Positions 38,740 through 52,399 of a DNA stretch of 64,000 bases are shown here, piece after piece. Position numbers and translations under genes: made by a program. Positions within the stretch are counted from its first letter, which is position 1. Each line of letters opens with the position of its first letter. Source of the stretch: Priapulus caudatus (lineage: Eukaryota); the NCBI RefSeq assembly GCF_000485595.1, contig NW_014577075.1, positions 587,311 through 651,310 of the forward strand, given 5' to 3'. Under the pieces are notes generated by a model that was not told the origin of the DNA, searched no databases, and worked only from the letters and a program-made list of their open reading frames with translations.

Positions 38740-41700
38740 TTAAGTATATAATAATATCATACTGAAAACATAACCACAACCGCACAATAGCATAATTATA
38801 GTCAACCCGCAACCGTAACATTATATCACATCGTGTCTCCGTAAAAATGCACGTGTAATGTCATCGTTCTGATATACTGGTAATCACTATGGTAATACTA
38901 ATAACATAGTATCCGCGTACAATCGTGGAAATCATATTGTGTCCCCACGGAAGGACACCACGTCGAACCGTCACCAATCGCCTACTAAAACCGCGTACAA
39001 TAGCTAAACAATCGCGTATAAAAGTCAAACATTACGTACAATATTTTGGAAAGAAATCGCGTACTATAATTTTTTTTTTTTTTAATCGCGGGTAATACGT
39101 GACAATCGAGTACAAAAGTAAAAAATCGCGTACAAAAGTTACAATTCGCGTATAAAAGTGATAATTCGTGTAGAAAAGTTATAAATCTCATACAAAAGTA
39201 AAAATTCGCGTAAAACGTTATTCGCGTAAAACGTTATAATTCGAGCATGACCGCCTCTTCATAAAGGAATAATATTGTAAACAGGAATGAGCGTTCATGT
39301 TGAAATGATGAAGTAGATCCAAATCCAGAACTTGTGTGGTAAACTGTACAACCTTTAATATCTTAGACACATCACATCTCCTTACACACAGACAAAGAAC
39401 GCGCACACGCACATACGCGCGTGTGCCTCCTTCCGCGACTCGAACCCGAATCCTCCCTACCTACATCCCTGTCCTATCTATTACCCCCAAAACCTTCTAC
39501 AAACATACTGCCCGCACATGTAAACGTTCTCACAGACCGCGTCCTACCCCCCATTTCACAATGACCCTCTAATCTATCTAACCTAACCACGTCTACCATT
39601 CTCCCTAATGCATCAATGTAGCCGCGCATCTTGTTGCGCGACGCTCTGTCTAGCTAAACTATGGCTAAAACAACTACCAGTCTATAGCCTCGCTGACTAC
39701 TTCATGTAACACGTGTAAAGGACATGTTACATTACGTCGTACGTACGTACGTTGTGTCATTCAGCGACACATGACTAACTATACCTGCTACATCGACACC
39801 ATACCTACTAACCATACATACACACATAGGCCTACTATCCTGTAAGCTTGTGAAACAACTGTATCGGCCTTTATTATTATAAATATTGTTCCGCTCTGCA
39901 AGTAGCCTTAAGTATCTCAATAACATAACATGCACCTTTTGGATAAAGGATAAGAAATATGGTGCATGTATATATACAGTATTTCACTATTACCTTGTAT
40001 ATTACACGCTGTGGTTTTTAACTTTATGCCGACACAGTTTGTTTCACTCACCGTTTACGTATTTTCGTCTCGTTCAGCTCTTGTTCCTTGTAAGTTGCGT
40101 TATTGTTCCGTTCTTCTTTGCTTCGTCGCTTCTTCCTCTCCATCGTTACAGCCGGTGATGATATTATACTAGCGTGTACCTTACGTTGTTTTGCATAACC
40201 CAGTCCGTTGTCACGTGCACCAAATGTAAGAACGTAGTTTGTATGTAATAATTTAGAGTAGAAATAATCAAGAAGAAGTATAGTTTTGTGTTCACTAAAG
40301 AAATATATTGTTTACAAACCCCAAACAGTCCTCACGTCACGTACGTCTTCCAGTTCCAACCGTACCTTCAAATGCGCTCCAGATACTTATATATCACTCT
40401 CTCGTCCAATCACTGGCAAACGCCTTTCTACTCCAACCAATCACACACCACCACTCTCTCTCTATTCGAATAATTACGCGCGAAAGGCACATCTGTCTCG
40501 CAGATGTGTACGGCGTCTACTAGTCCCAACCTTGCTATTTCTCATCTGTATGCTAAACGCCGAACCCTTCTTCTATGTACAACTAAATCTATCTACAATT
40601 ACAAATTCAATCCGACATGTGTAAAACAGATGTTACAATATGGTATTCGCGTACAATCGTAAACAAAAATATGTTCAAAAAAACGTCTGCATCCTAACAT
40701 GTTAACCACATGTAACACCTCTCTACCAAAATGCTCTGCTCGTCTTGAAATGAAAAATACCCGTTTACTCACTTCAGAGAAATTAATGCCTGGTAGGCGG
40801 TGAAACATACATACATACGTATATTCATTCAGATAGGCTGTGAAACAACTGTGTCGGCCTTCAAATTTGTTCCGTGTTTCGCAAGTATGAACATCGAAAT
40901 AACATAACACGCATACCACGGTTGACTGCGACGCATTAGTACAACATGTCACAGATCACAGCAGCTAAGACAGCACCCGATATATCAGCTAGATAAAGGG
41001 TCTACCGCTGGCGAGCAAACGAGAAAGAGCGCAATGGATGAACGACACTGCAATACGTATTACGGGTGAGTGAAGCAATCTTGTGTCGGCAGCTATTCTC
41101 AATTTTCGTAATTAAACTGGAAACTAGTTTTCAAACTGCATGTTTTACAATACACGAGTGTGTTAGCGAAATACTAAAGCACTTTTCCTACCTATAATTT
41201 CCACCCAGACCACCACCCCCACCACCTCCGCCTGGCTTACGAGTTTCTAAACTGCGTCGTACAATGCCCCAATTCGTACCTAAATACGTAGAATAGTACC
41301 AATCTGTGTAGTTAAGAATGCGTCAGGTATATACGCATTTACGTGCCGCAGGAGGCAAGGTTGGCTGTTATGAAGCCATGACGACTCAAGGTATATAGTC
41401 TTAAGGGAATGAGTCGAGGTGCTAGTTAAACGCACCAGTTAATGTGAGAGAGCGGGAGATACTCCCCTACCCTCGCTGAAAATGGTCCACGAAAGTAAAA
41501 GTAAGACGATATCGAGAGTATTTCGAAATGACGGTACTTTAACGAGGCCAGCAGAGCCCGGGGCCTATAGTGTAGCAGCGCAGCGAAATACACTCGGCAC
41601 GCCATTCAATTGTAACCGTTGAGGGCACCTACGTGGTCATTTTATTCTTATATACAGGGGTTAAAAATGTCACCCATGTTAGATAAATTGCCACTCACAT

Positions 41701-42805
41701 TACAGTGTAAGGTTCACTGGGAATGTTCCCCTAGGGCCCAAAACACCCATCCCCATTTACCTGTTTTATTCTTAAAAGTGCATGTTTTGTTATGTTGATG
41801 TTCATACTTGCGAAACACGGAATAAATTTATAATAATGAAGGCCGACACAGTTGTTTCACCAACCTATCTAAATGAATGTATGTATGTATGTATGTTTCA
41901 CCGCCTACCAGACATTAATTTCTCTAAAGTGAGTAAACGGGTATTTTTCATTTCAAGACGAGCAGGGCTCTTTGATAGAGAGGTATTATATCTGGTTACG
42001 AGCATATGATCCAGACGATGAGGACAATGACCCGGAAGACGTGCAGCATCTGGAAGAATTACACCGACAGATGCTACAATGCAGTCTGCCCGACGACCGA
42101 CCGCCTCCACCGCCACCACACCACGCGGACCCCTTCGCCGAGGTCGCGCTCGAGCGCATACGACGTCGGTTTGGAGGGGGCCTACGTGAATGGTTGCTAA
42201 GTTGGTTCGTTGGTTGCTGGTTATCGTGGTTTAATCATTGAGCTGGACAAACCTCTCCCCTCTCAAGCTAACGGGTTATGGCAGTAGTAGCGAAGTGAGC
42301 AAACGGGTATTTCTCTCATGTAAATTATGGTCAAATATTCATTCTCTATCAATTTTTTTTTCTTCACTTTTTCACGTTTTCACGTTCTTTTATACGCGAA
42401 CTATAACTTTTGTACGCGATTTATAACTTTTGTACGCGATTTGTAACTTTTGTACGCGATTTTTTACTTTTATATGCGATTGTCACGTATTATCCGCGAT
42501 TAAAAAAAATATTGTACTCGATTTTTCAGTTATTATACGCATTTTTGTGGTAGGCGATTGGTGACGGTTCGACGTGGTGTCCTTCCGAGGGGACACAATA
42601 TGATTTTTACGATTGTACGCGGATACTATGTTATTAGTATTACTATAGTGATTACCAGTATATCAGAACGATGACATTACACGTGCATTTTTACGGACAC
42701 ACGATGTGATGTAATGTTACGGTTGCGGGTTGACTATAATTATGCTATTGTGCGGTTGTGGTTATGTTTTCAGTATGATATTATTATATACTTAAGCGGT
42801 TACAG
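38740..42805. repeat. Fold-back element W, copy 1
   Basis: 38740-~39200 is inverted relative to ~42400-42805, and both carry 20-21-bp subrepeats (aaatcgcgtacaaaagt). An inner inverted pair lies at ~40710-40905 / ~41783-41997. A second copy spans 44440-52870. Confidence 0.75.
39276..40637 (-). mobile_element. Non-autonomous LTR (TRIM-like) element
   Basis: TG...CA ends and a 4-bp TSD atat, with the empty site at ~50650-50665. On the minus strand a putative LTR end ttaca is followed by a PBS-like tggtgcacgtgac at ~40222-40210. Confidence 0.65.
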
Positions 42806-42879
42806 TATTTACAACATCATTATAAATCCTATAGCCTTATATCTGGTACTCGGTAGGAACGGTCTACTTCGTGACTAAC

Positions 42880-43091
42880 CTTTGCTGATATGTGTTCTTC
42901 ATTGTACACGCTAGCCAAAACCACGGGCCCAGGTCTGGAGTCAGAACATTTGCTTTTGGAGAGAGAGATTTGCCGAACTTCTCTATGGTTTCCGCATTCG
43001 GCCAGCACGATTGGTGAGGCATGCAGTAGTCTTTACCGCTCACCATACATACCATCACGGCGATCGCCACTAGAACTATCTTAGCAACCAT
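42880..43091 (-). pseudogene. Orphan exon 1 (signal-peptide exon) of the BBE-like oxidase, with ~300 bp of upstream sequence
   Basis: Reads MVAKIVLVAIAVMVCMVSGKDYCMPHQSCWP...TYQQR with an intact GT donor. Intron homology stops at ~42805. Confidence 0.8.
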
Positions 43092-43389
43092 TCTCTCATC
43101 TGTCGTACACATACAAGGATGCCAGCTTAATATAAATATATATATTTGTTTGTATATATATATACAATATATATATGTAGATATTGGCGATAATTCTTGT
43201 ATACACACAGCTACATGGATTGTTTCGAAAGTGAGAATGGCGCTATCACCAGACGAGGTATATGATCCTGTTTCACGACCAAAAGGGCATGTTAACACAA
43301 CACACCTATGATAACGAGTTGAACAGAAGTATGTCAAGATGGTCAATGTTGAAAGGGGTGATCAGCAACTACCGAATGCAAGCATACAG

Positions 43390-43487
43390 TGCATGTCGAA
43401 ATTATGTTATTTATGTATATTGTAATGCGTGAATAAACATTTTTGTATTTGAATTTGAATTTGAATTTGAATTTGAATTCGAATTCG
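43390..43487 (+). mobile_element. Probable LINE (CR1/L2-type) 3' end
   Basis: aataaa followed by a (TTTGAA)n tail. Confidence 0.45.
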
Positions 43488-45092
43488 AAACAGTGTGCGC
43501 GTACTCGTTAGCGGACGCCGGTGTCTCTCCCGTTGTCACCAAAACCCCTCTTTTTTAAACCGTCCGCATCGTCGTCCGACCTGTTTAGACTTGCACTAAT
43601 TTGAGGCGCGGGTCGTGGGTACAACGACCGGTTGCGACCAACGTACGACGGTACCAGGTAGGAGCGGCGAGCACCTTGTACGTTGCCCGCTGTATGATGG
43701 CCGTTTGATAAACTCCGCCGCATTCTTGTTGAAGTTAATGTGTTCGTACCATTTTGAAATGCCTTCTGTCCACGCTGAATTATATGTGCTCTTAAGTATG
43801 TAGCTAATGTCTTCTGGGTCCATCGCCGGCCGTCCCTGCCGATTTGCCCGATTAATGTGCCAAATTCCCCATGTCTCTATCTCAAAGCTAAAACACCGTA
43901 CTACATTTCACCACGCCCTAAGAAAAGTCGATGAAATCGGCTTAGCCCATTATCCCGACTGGAAGAAAACCCTCGATGAATTTTTGAGCGGATGGCTTAT
44001 GTGAGTCACGGACAATGTGAAGAGCTGTACTATCATCGTGACATGTCTGATTGTAACTGTAACCGCTAAACAACCGTAACTGTAACTGTAACCGTAAGTA
44101 TAGTGACCCGCTCCAGCAAAACCAGGATTAAGTAGGAAATTCTACAAATTGAGTTATGTGAATATCTAAATAGATCACATAATTACCTTTAAAATGATAT
44201 ATAATATTTGGCTATATCTAGAGAATTGACCGATCTACAGCAATTTGAAGATCGGAAACCGACTTATTCCGGAATATGCAGCTTTTGAGATAAAGCGTTC
44301 CGGGTAAGGGGCCCAGTCGGGGATAAGCGGTCTGGTGCCGGTCTGAAGGGCGCCGTCGCCGCTCAAAATGTATTTATATTTATATTTATTTTTAAATTAA
44401 AAATGACCATAATATTCTAGAGATTATTATAATCGTACTATACTGATAACATAACCACAACCGCAAAATAGCATAATTATAGTCAACCCGCAACCGTAAC
44501 ATTATATACACACATATATCACACATATATAGGGGAACCCGGGGCAAAGTGGACCGAAGAAATTTGGTTGGCCAAAACGCTGTGAAAAAGCGAGACAAAG
44601 TGAAATGTTTGGCTCTAATCCTTTGGCTTAGGACAAGAACTAACAGGCGGTACAAACAAAGTTAATTTAAAAAACGACTTTATTGAAATATACAAAATTA
44701 TAAAATTTATAAATATTTTATTTTGACCCAGACTCCCGAGGCAAAGTGAAACCTGTTATGGGCACTCCATGTATATTGTGTCCAAAATGTTGCGTCCTCT
44801 TTCAGTGTCTAACTCTGAACATCAAATTCATAGTTGCGTACCATTTTGCCTAAAATATGAAAGAAAAATGCCATTATAGGACGCTTATACAATAATTAAA
44901 TGGCCGCATCACGTCAAGATGGATTTTCTGTGTGTGTATGTGACTTGCTGCTACTGATAACTACTAATAATGTTGATTCAACACACGCACTCCTTCGCAA
45001 CCATACTACACAACACTAATCTATGAACATATTATCCCCAACCGCTTCTACAGAGTAACAGAAATTTACCTGTCGACTAGGAATATTCTATT

Positions 45093-48000
45093 TTAGATTA
45101 AATGCGCTGTTATGAGAGCCGTCAGCAAGAGTGAGCTACATGTATAGTACAGTTGTCGCCCACTGCCGGTTGCTACCTTCTCCCAGCCAACGCATTGTTT
45201 ACAATTGAACACGTTATTGGGATCATGTTTCTTCTTGATCTCGAGTAAACGATCGTACTTTGGTCCCCAGAAATCGTCAGCGTAGTTCGGGAGTTCGAAT
45301 CCCGGTTCGTTGTAGTACACACCACGGCCATATTTGCTCATCATGGGGTTCCACTCATCCTTGAGGAAGCTGCAGACCAAGATTGAGATGGGAATATCAT
45401 GCACGCTATGCTTTCTATCTAGACATCCTATTTCTTGGTATTTTGTATCGGGAAAAAACACATGTACTTAATAATTATATCAATGGGTAAGGAACAACTC
45501 GTTTCCGTCGTTAATTGAGTTCAATGGCGGTCACTATAAGGTAATACCGGTTACTGCTATGTTCTCCTTCTATTCGCAGTTTTAAATTCTGATTTTGAAT
45601 AACATTTTCTTCTCCCTTGGCTGTTTATAAAACCCTTTTTCGTTATCTTACTCTTCTGTCTCTCCCCACAAACTGTCTCCCCCTCTCGCTCCTCTATCCC
45701 CCTTCGCCCTCTCTTTTCCCCCCTCGTTCACGCTCTTTCCTCGCTTTCTCCTCTTTTTCTCTCTCTGTGCTCTTACTGCTTTCTCCTCTCTACTCTTTCT
45801 TTCTCTCTTCTTTCTCTCTTCTTTCTCTCTCCTCGTTCTTGTCTCTCTCCTATTTATCACTCCTCCTCCCTCCCCTTCTCCTTCTTTCACTAGCAATTCC
45901 ATTCCTCGCATCCTCTATACGAATACTACGTGATTACAGATACGTACTTGAGCAGGCTTTCTTCGCCATATTCGTTCCATGTTCCTGCGCAGCTAGATGA
46001 CAGCGTCGCGTCACGCATGTCGTCGCTAACCGACGTCGTGTTACGGTTGCCCGATGCCAGACCTTGACGAACGAGTGAAACGAGTTAGCTCCGTCGATAT
46101 CTACTTCTAACGGTTACCGCTAATGTTATGTGATGTAATGTCACGCACGTTATTAGTGTTAAGAGACGCGACGAATTTCATGTTATTATTATTATTGACG
46201 CCCTATACGTAGCATACTGGCGATCATATGGTTAGACATCCTGGTGAGCCCTGGTTTTGGTAGGTTAAGCTGATCGGTGAATTTTATGCGCCGCCCGTCT
46301 AATACATACATACATAGATACACATTCATAAAGGATTTTCTACCCAATATATGTAAACAGGGTTGACTGTCTGGTGGCCTGATCTACATTACGTATTCTC
46401 ATGCATGTAAAACTGTCATGTGCGCAGCGCGTACCTCCGACATGCACCATCGTGCAGGAGATGTGGGCAAAGTCTTCCCCTCTAGTCGCTCCATCGTACA
46501 TTAGCTTCGACATCTCCTGTGCGAAGTCGTTTGTGAGAAACTCCATCTGTTGCAGACGACTGTCCATTCCGAGAGGAAAGCCCGTGGGATCGTTGACGTC
46601 CTTCTGATATTCCCAGAAATCGGTGAAATCCGTAAAGGCGACGGAAGCTTGCCATTCGGGGCGGAAGGTCGTTAAGGGCATCACCTGCTCTCGTTCCGCG
46701 GTGGTTGCCTTGCCGTTGTGAAGCAAGATAAATTGCACGCTGCCAGCCGTGAATCCCACCGGCGTCCGTATTCCTGCAGATGGGATAATGTACCCGCTCC
46801 AGCCCATGTCCATGTTTGGCAGAACCTCGTCAAAGTAGAACGCCATCACGTCGCCTGCGTACACCTTATTCTTCTCGACTTCATCGTTGAACTTGAAGTT
46901 AGCGTAGAGCCTTGTGAAGCCCGTCTTGGCCTTGTGCAGCTTCACTGTAAACTCGGTGATGACCCCGAAGGCACCGCCGCCGCCGCGGATGGCCCAGAAC
47001 AAGTCCGGGTCATCACTGGAACTTTCCTGCAGCAATAGATTGACGTATATAGTAGTAGTTCAGCAAATAACTGGTACATTTTGCATTACACCAAAGCTGC
47101 GCGCAGCAATATTGGAGCGATACCGATAACTAATCAATTTTGTATCGTGTTGTTGTATCAATGGTGCTTCACTAATCGCTGCATACGCAGAATGTCATGC
47201 TTAGATCCATTCACTGTAACTCACACGCATTTTTATCTCAGCATTCGCTCCTAGTACCTATAGCCTGTAGCCCTATAGACTATAGCCCTATAGCCTGAGT
47301 TTTTTCTTATGGAAGAGAGCACAGTTTTGTCCCGACTGACTAATAATGAAGAAGCATTGACGTGTTGGCAAAAAAATATTTATCGTTAGCATGTTGTTTC
47401 TACGATTCGAGCACTTTCAGCATTTTGATATAATTTAAAAAGTATGCGCATGTTCATACTTTTAATGGAATTTATTACATTTTCGAGCAAATATACCAAA
47501 CAGAAAATGTCAGAATGTACTATTATTATGATAATGCTAATTCGAGGAACATTGGGGACGGTCTGCAGCTCCCTTCGCCGCACGCTTATGCGATTAAAAT
47601 GTTCTTTTTGTAACGTTTCACGAAACAAACCACACATATACGTAGAGTAGACTATTATAGGCGAAAAGTATCGCTACCTCATTTAATACATTTATTTTGA
47701 GCTTATATACTAATACTTAATAACTTTATTTATTAAGCTCATTATTTTGTTTTGTTCTAAAATCGAAGTCGATTCCGTTTTTCCGTAAAGTCTTAGTTAA
47801 TCTCACATTAGGCTACGGCAAACGTGCAGGTCCTGCATATAACGATGTCATTCTCGCTAGAACCGCGTGCACGTAGCCTACCTTTCCGTCAACGTCTGTT
47901 ATGATGGTGCTGTCCTGCTTTAGTTGAGCGATGCTGCCGTTGGCAAGCACCATGGTAACGCCGATCACGTTATCAGAGCCGAGACCGATGTTTCTGGTGT

Positions 48001-48650
48001 TCGGTCCGTGACCTCCTCCTACCAGGTAGCCACCCATCGTGACGGTGGGGCAGCTTCCCGCCGCCGCCAAATACTCTTCATCATTAGCCTATACAAAGAT
48101 GAACAGTCATGAGCTGAACAAGCAAGCATTAGGCGCGCACGAATCCGCCTAATAACGGTGGGCGCTATTCAAACAATATTCGTAAATAAGGAAAATAAAA
48201 CACGACTCTGGCAAGTATTTGTTTAAGGATATATAAGCTAGTACTAGCCAGACGACGCGCGTTAGCTAGTGGGCGTGTATGGTCACGATGACCGTTGGCT
48301 GAACATCGTGGTGATGGAATCGCCTGCTTGACCGATGAAGGCAAACAACACTCGGTCACTATAATAGTATTATCAACGCGTTTACTACCTTCGGGTGAAT
48401 CATGGCGTTCGTCACAGCTGGCTGCACGATGGCAATCGCTCCCGTGTCTGATAGAGTAGGAACATTAGTCTTGATCTCCATCGCTGTCATGGCTCCTAGG
48501 TTGATGAGAAGACTGCCGTCCTCTGCGGGCCTGCCGACGAAGCAGTGACCAGACGACGCGACCGTGATGCGGATGTTGTGCTCGTTAGCGAACAGAACTG
48601 CTTTCTGCACATCCTCGGTTGTACGCGCTGTGACGACCATTCCAGGCTTC
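45093..48650 (-). pseudogene. Type-B BBE-like oxidase copy B2, exons 2-6, open frame but no linked exon 1
   Basis: Exons 48650-48389, 48088-47882, 47026-46435, 46062-45948 and 45369-45093, with consistent phases and no stops. Intron-1 homology ends at 48748. Confidence 0.8.
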
Positions 48651-48809
48651 CTACAGAAAAATTAAGACCAATAAGCGATTTTACTAGATAGTTACAATTA
48701 CAATGCAAGTGATCGGTTCCAATATACGGTTACAATAGATAGTACGGACCATACCGGGCTTGCTACAGAAAAGTACAACTTGTGATATTAGATAATTCAT
48801 ACAGATGGA

Positions 48810-48952
48810 TTGACAGACGGACGAACGGACTGACAGACACACAGACAGACAGGCCGACAGAGCGACCGACAGACAGACAGACAGACAGACCGACCGACAA
48901 ACAGACAGACAGACAGACAAACAGACAGGCAGGCATGCAGACAGATAGATAA

Positions 48953-48999
<47 letters not shown>

Positions 49000-49059
49000 G
49001 GCCGACAGACCGACCGACAGACAGACAGACACACACACGCACAGACACACAGACAGACC

Positions 49060-49098
<39 letters not shown>

Positions 49099-49225
49099 CG
49101 ACAGACCGACAGACCGACAGACAGACAGGCAGACTGCCCGACCGACAGACAGACAGACAGGCAGGCGGGCAGGCAGGCAGACAGACAGACAGACACACAG
49201 ACACACAGGTAGGCAGGTAGGCAGA
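48810..49225. repeat. (GACA)n microsatellite
   Basis: Seen directly in the sequence. Confidence 0.95.
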
Positions 49226-52200
49226 ATCAGCAATGCGTAACACTGAACGGCAATTTTACTTCGACCTTCGCCGCGCATTTACGGTATAATCTGTAGGTTC
49301 TGAAGCTAGGCGAATACGCCGCTGTTTTTTTACAATGTAAAGTGTAGGCTATTATCATAACCTACCTGTGCATCATGCAGGCGTGGTTGCGTGCTGTGTG
49401 TGCGTGAGTGTGCGTGGGTGTAAGTGATCGATCACATGCGTGCGCGTTTGAGTTTGAAACACGGGCCTTGAAACGTTTCAAAAATAACATTATGGTAAAT
49501 ACACACGAAATGTATTTACTACCAAAGTCTTGATGTTTCTCTACTCTCTTTCGCCTATTATAATTGATATTTTTCTGCAAATGCCATTCAAATGCTCCTC
49601 TGCAACACACAAAAACATCACACGCACGCCCCTGTGCACAAACAACAAAATTGCAGAGAATTTTGTTTGTAAAATGTATAACATATAATATAGAGCGTAT
49701 GTGTGTAACGTAAATTTTGTTTGTGTAAAATTATTAATAAATAAATTTGTTATTTCGAAGAGGCGTGCGTGCTGTATACTAGTGTGTTGCAGAGAAGCAT
49801 TCGAAGGGCATTACAGGAAATTATCAGTAATATTATCGCCTATTGAGAGAGAAGAACAACTTTTGTACTCAATACATTTCGTGTTTATTTACCATCATTT
49901 TAATATTGAAACTTTCTGAAGTGCCTGTGGTGCGTATACGCACGCGTGCGAGCTTGCTTGTAGTGTGCATGCGTGCGTGCGTGCGTGCGTGAGTCCAAAA
50001 AAATGTACATAGCTGATTCATGCAAATGGCATCTATCAAAAACGATGCATCATCAACTGAGCTTCTAATGAAAACAGTCACAGATAGATGGGGGCATCAA
50101 CATAGATCTGCTGAGACAATTCCACTTTGCCCCGTGTTCCGCTTTGCCCCGGGTTCCCCTACGTACATTATATCACATCGTGTCTCCGTAAAAATGCACA
50201 TATAATATCATCGTTCTGATATACTGGTAATCACTATGGTAATACTAATAACATAGTATCCGCGTACAATCGTGGAAAACATATCGTGTCCCCTCGGAAG
50301 GACACCACGTCGAACCGTCACCAATCACCTACTAAAACCGCGTACAATAGCTAAACAATCGCGTATAAAAGTCAAACATTACGTACAATATTTTGGAAAG
50401 AAATCGCGTACTATAATTTTTTTTTTTTTATTGCGGGTAATACGTGACAATCGCGTACAAAAGTGAAAAATCGCGTACAAAAGTGAAAAATCGCGTACAA
50501 AAGTTACAATTCGCGTATGAAAGTGATAATTCGCGTAGAAAAGTTATAAATCGCATACAAAAGTGAAAAATCGCGTAAAACGTCATTCGCGTAAAACGTT
50601 ATAATTTGCGACAAACGTTATAATTCGAGCATGACCGCCTCTTCATAAAGGAGTAATATGGTATCCGCGTACAATGGTATCGCAAAAATATGCCTAAAAA
50701 ACGTCTGCATCCTAACATGTTAACCACATGTAACACCTCTCTACCAAAAAGCTCTGCTCGTCTTGAAATGAAAAATACCCGTTTACTTACTTCAGAGAAA
50801 TTAATGCCTGGTAGGCGGGTAAACATACATACATACGTATATTCATTTAGATAGGCTGTGAAACAACTGTGTCAGCCTTCAAATTTGTTCCGTGTGTCGC
50901 AAGTATGAACATCGAAATAACATAACACGCATACCACGGTTGACTGCGACGCATTAGTATAACATGTCACAGATCACAGCAGCTGAGACAGCACCCGAGA
51001 TATCAGCTGGATAAGGGGTCTACCGCTGGCGTGCAAGCGAGAAAGAGCGCATGGATGAACGACACTGCCATACGTATTACGGGTGAGTGAAGCAATCTTG
51101 TGTCGGCAGCTATTTTCAATTTTCGTAATTTAACTGGAAACTAGTTTTTAAACCGCATGTTTTATAATACACGAGTGTGTTAGCGAAATACTAAAGCACT
51201 TTTCCTACCTATAATTCCCACCCAAACCACCACCCCCACCACTACCGCCTGGCTTACGAGTTTCTAAACTGCGTCGTACAATGCCACAATTCGTACCCAA
51301 ATACGTAGAATAGTACCGGTCTGTGTAGTTAAGAATGCGTCAGGTATATACGCATTTACTTGCAGCAAGAGGCAAGGTTGGCTGTTATAAAGCCATAACG
51401 ACTCAAGGCATATAGTCTTAAGGGAATGAGTCGAGGTGCTAGTTAGACGCACCAGTTAATGTGAGAGAGCGGGAGATACTCTTCTAGACTCGCTGAAAAT
51501 GGTCCACGAAAGTAAAAGTGAGACGATAGCGAGAGTATTTCGAAATGACGGTACTTTAACGAGGCCAGCAAAGCCCGGGCCTATAGTGTAGCAGCGCAGC
51601 AAAATACACTCGGCAAGCCATTCAATTGTAACCGTTGAGGGCACCTACGTGGTCATTTTATTCTTATATACAAGGGTTAAAAATGTCACCCATGTTAGAT
51701 AAATTGCCACTCACATTACAGTGTAAGGTTCACTGGGAATGTACCCCTAGGGCCCAAAACACCCATCCCCATTTACCTGTTTTACACGTAACACGGAACA
51801 AATTTATAATAATAAAGGCCGACACACTTGTTTCACAGCCAATGTATGTATGTATGTATGTATGTATGTATGTATGTTAGGCACCCGCCGATACTTCAGA
51901 CATTAATTTCTCTATAAGTGAGTAAACGGGAATTTTCATTCAAGACGAGCAGGGCTCTTTGATAGAGAGGTTATTATATCTGGTTACGAAGGCATATGAT
52001 CCAGACGATGAGAAGATGACCGACGAAGACGTGGCACATCTGTGAAAATTCACCGACAGATGCTACAGCATTGGCAGTCCTGCCCGATCGACCGACGCGC
52101 CTGCCACCGCCACCACAACTACGGACCCCTCGCTCGAGGGTCGTCGCTCCCTACCCGAGCGCATACGACGATCGGTTTTGGATGGGGCCTAAACGTGTAA

Positions 52201-52399
52201 TGATTGCTCAAGCATTGTTCGTGGGTTGCTGTTATCGTTGTGTTTATCAATTGAGGCTGGAACAAACTCTCCCTCTAAGCTAAACGAGGGTTTATAGGCA
52301 GTAGTAGCGAAGTGAGCAAAACGGGTATTGTCTCTCATGTTAATATTATGACTCAATTATATTCATTCTCTAATCAATTTTTTTTTCTCTCACTTCTTT

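Larger units (their letters stand above)
44528..50163. mobile_element. TIR-bounded DNA element (pogo/Tc1-mariner-like ends) carrying BBE-like gene exons 2-6
   Basis: taggggaacccggggcaaagtgga at 44530-44553 matches the reverse complement of 50138-50161 at 23/24. Subterminal ggcaaagtg repeats and TA flanks are present. The two flanks rejoin into the uninterrupted sequence at ~38810-38840. Confidence 0.75.

Noticed and set aside
43940..44004. PDWKKTLDEFL resembling the RmlD C-terminus
   Set aside because: Too short, and no Rossmann-fold or YxxxK motifs upstream.
48684..49278. Cys/Val/Ser- or His/Thr-rich ORFs (also ~805-1246, 5080-5529, 7519-8044, 57891-58436)
   Set aside because: Translations of microsatellites.
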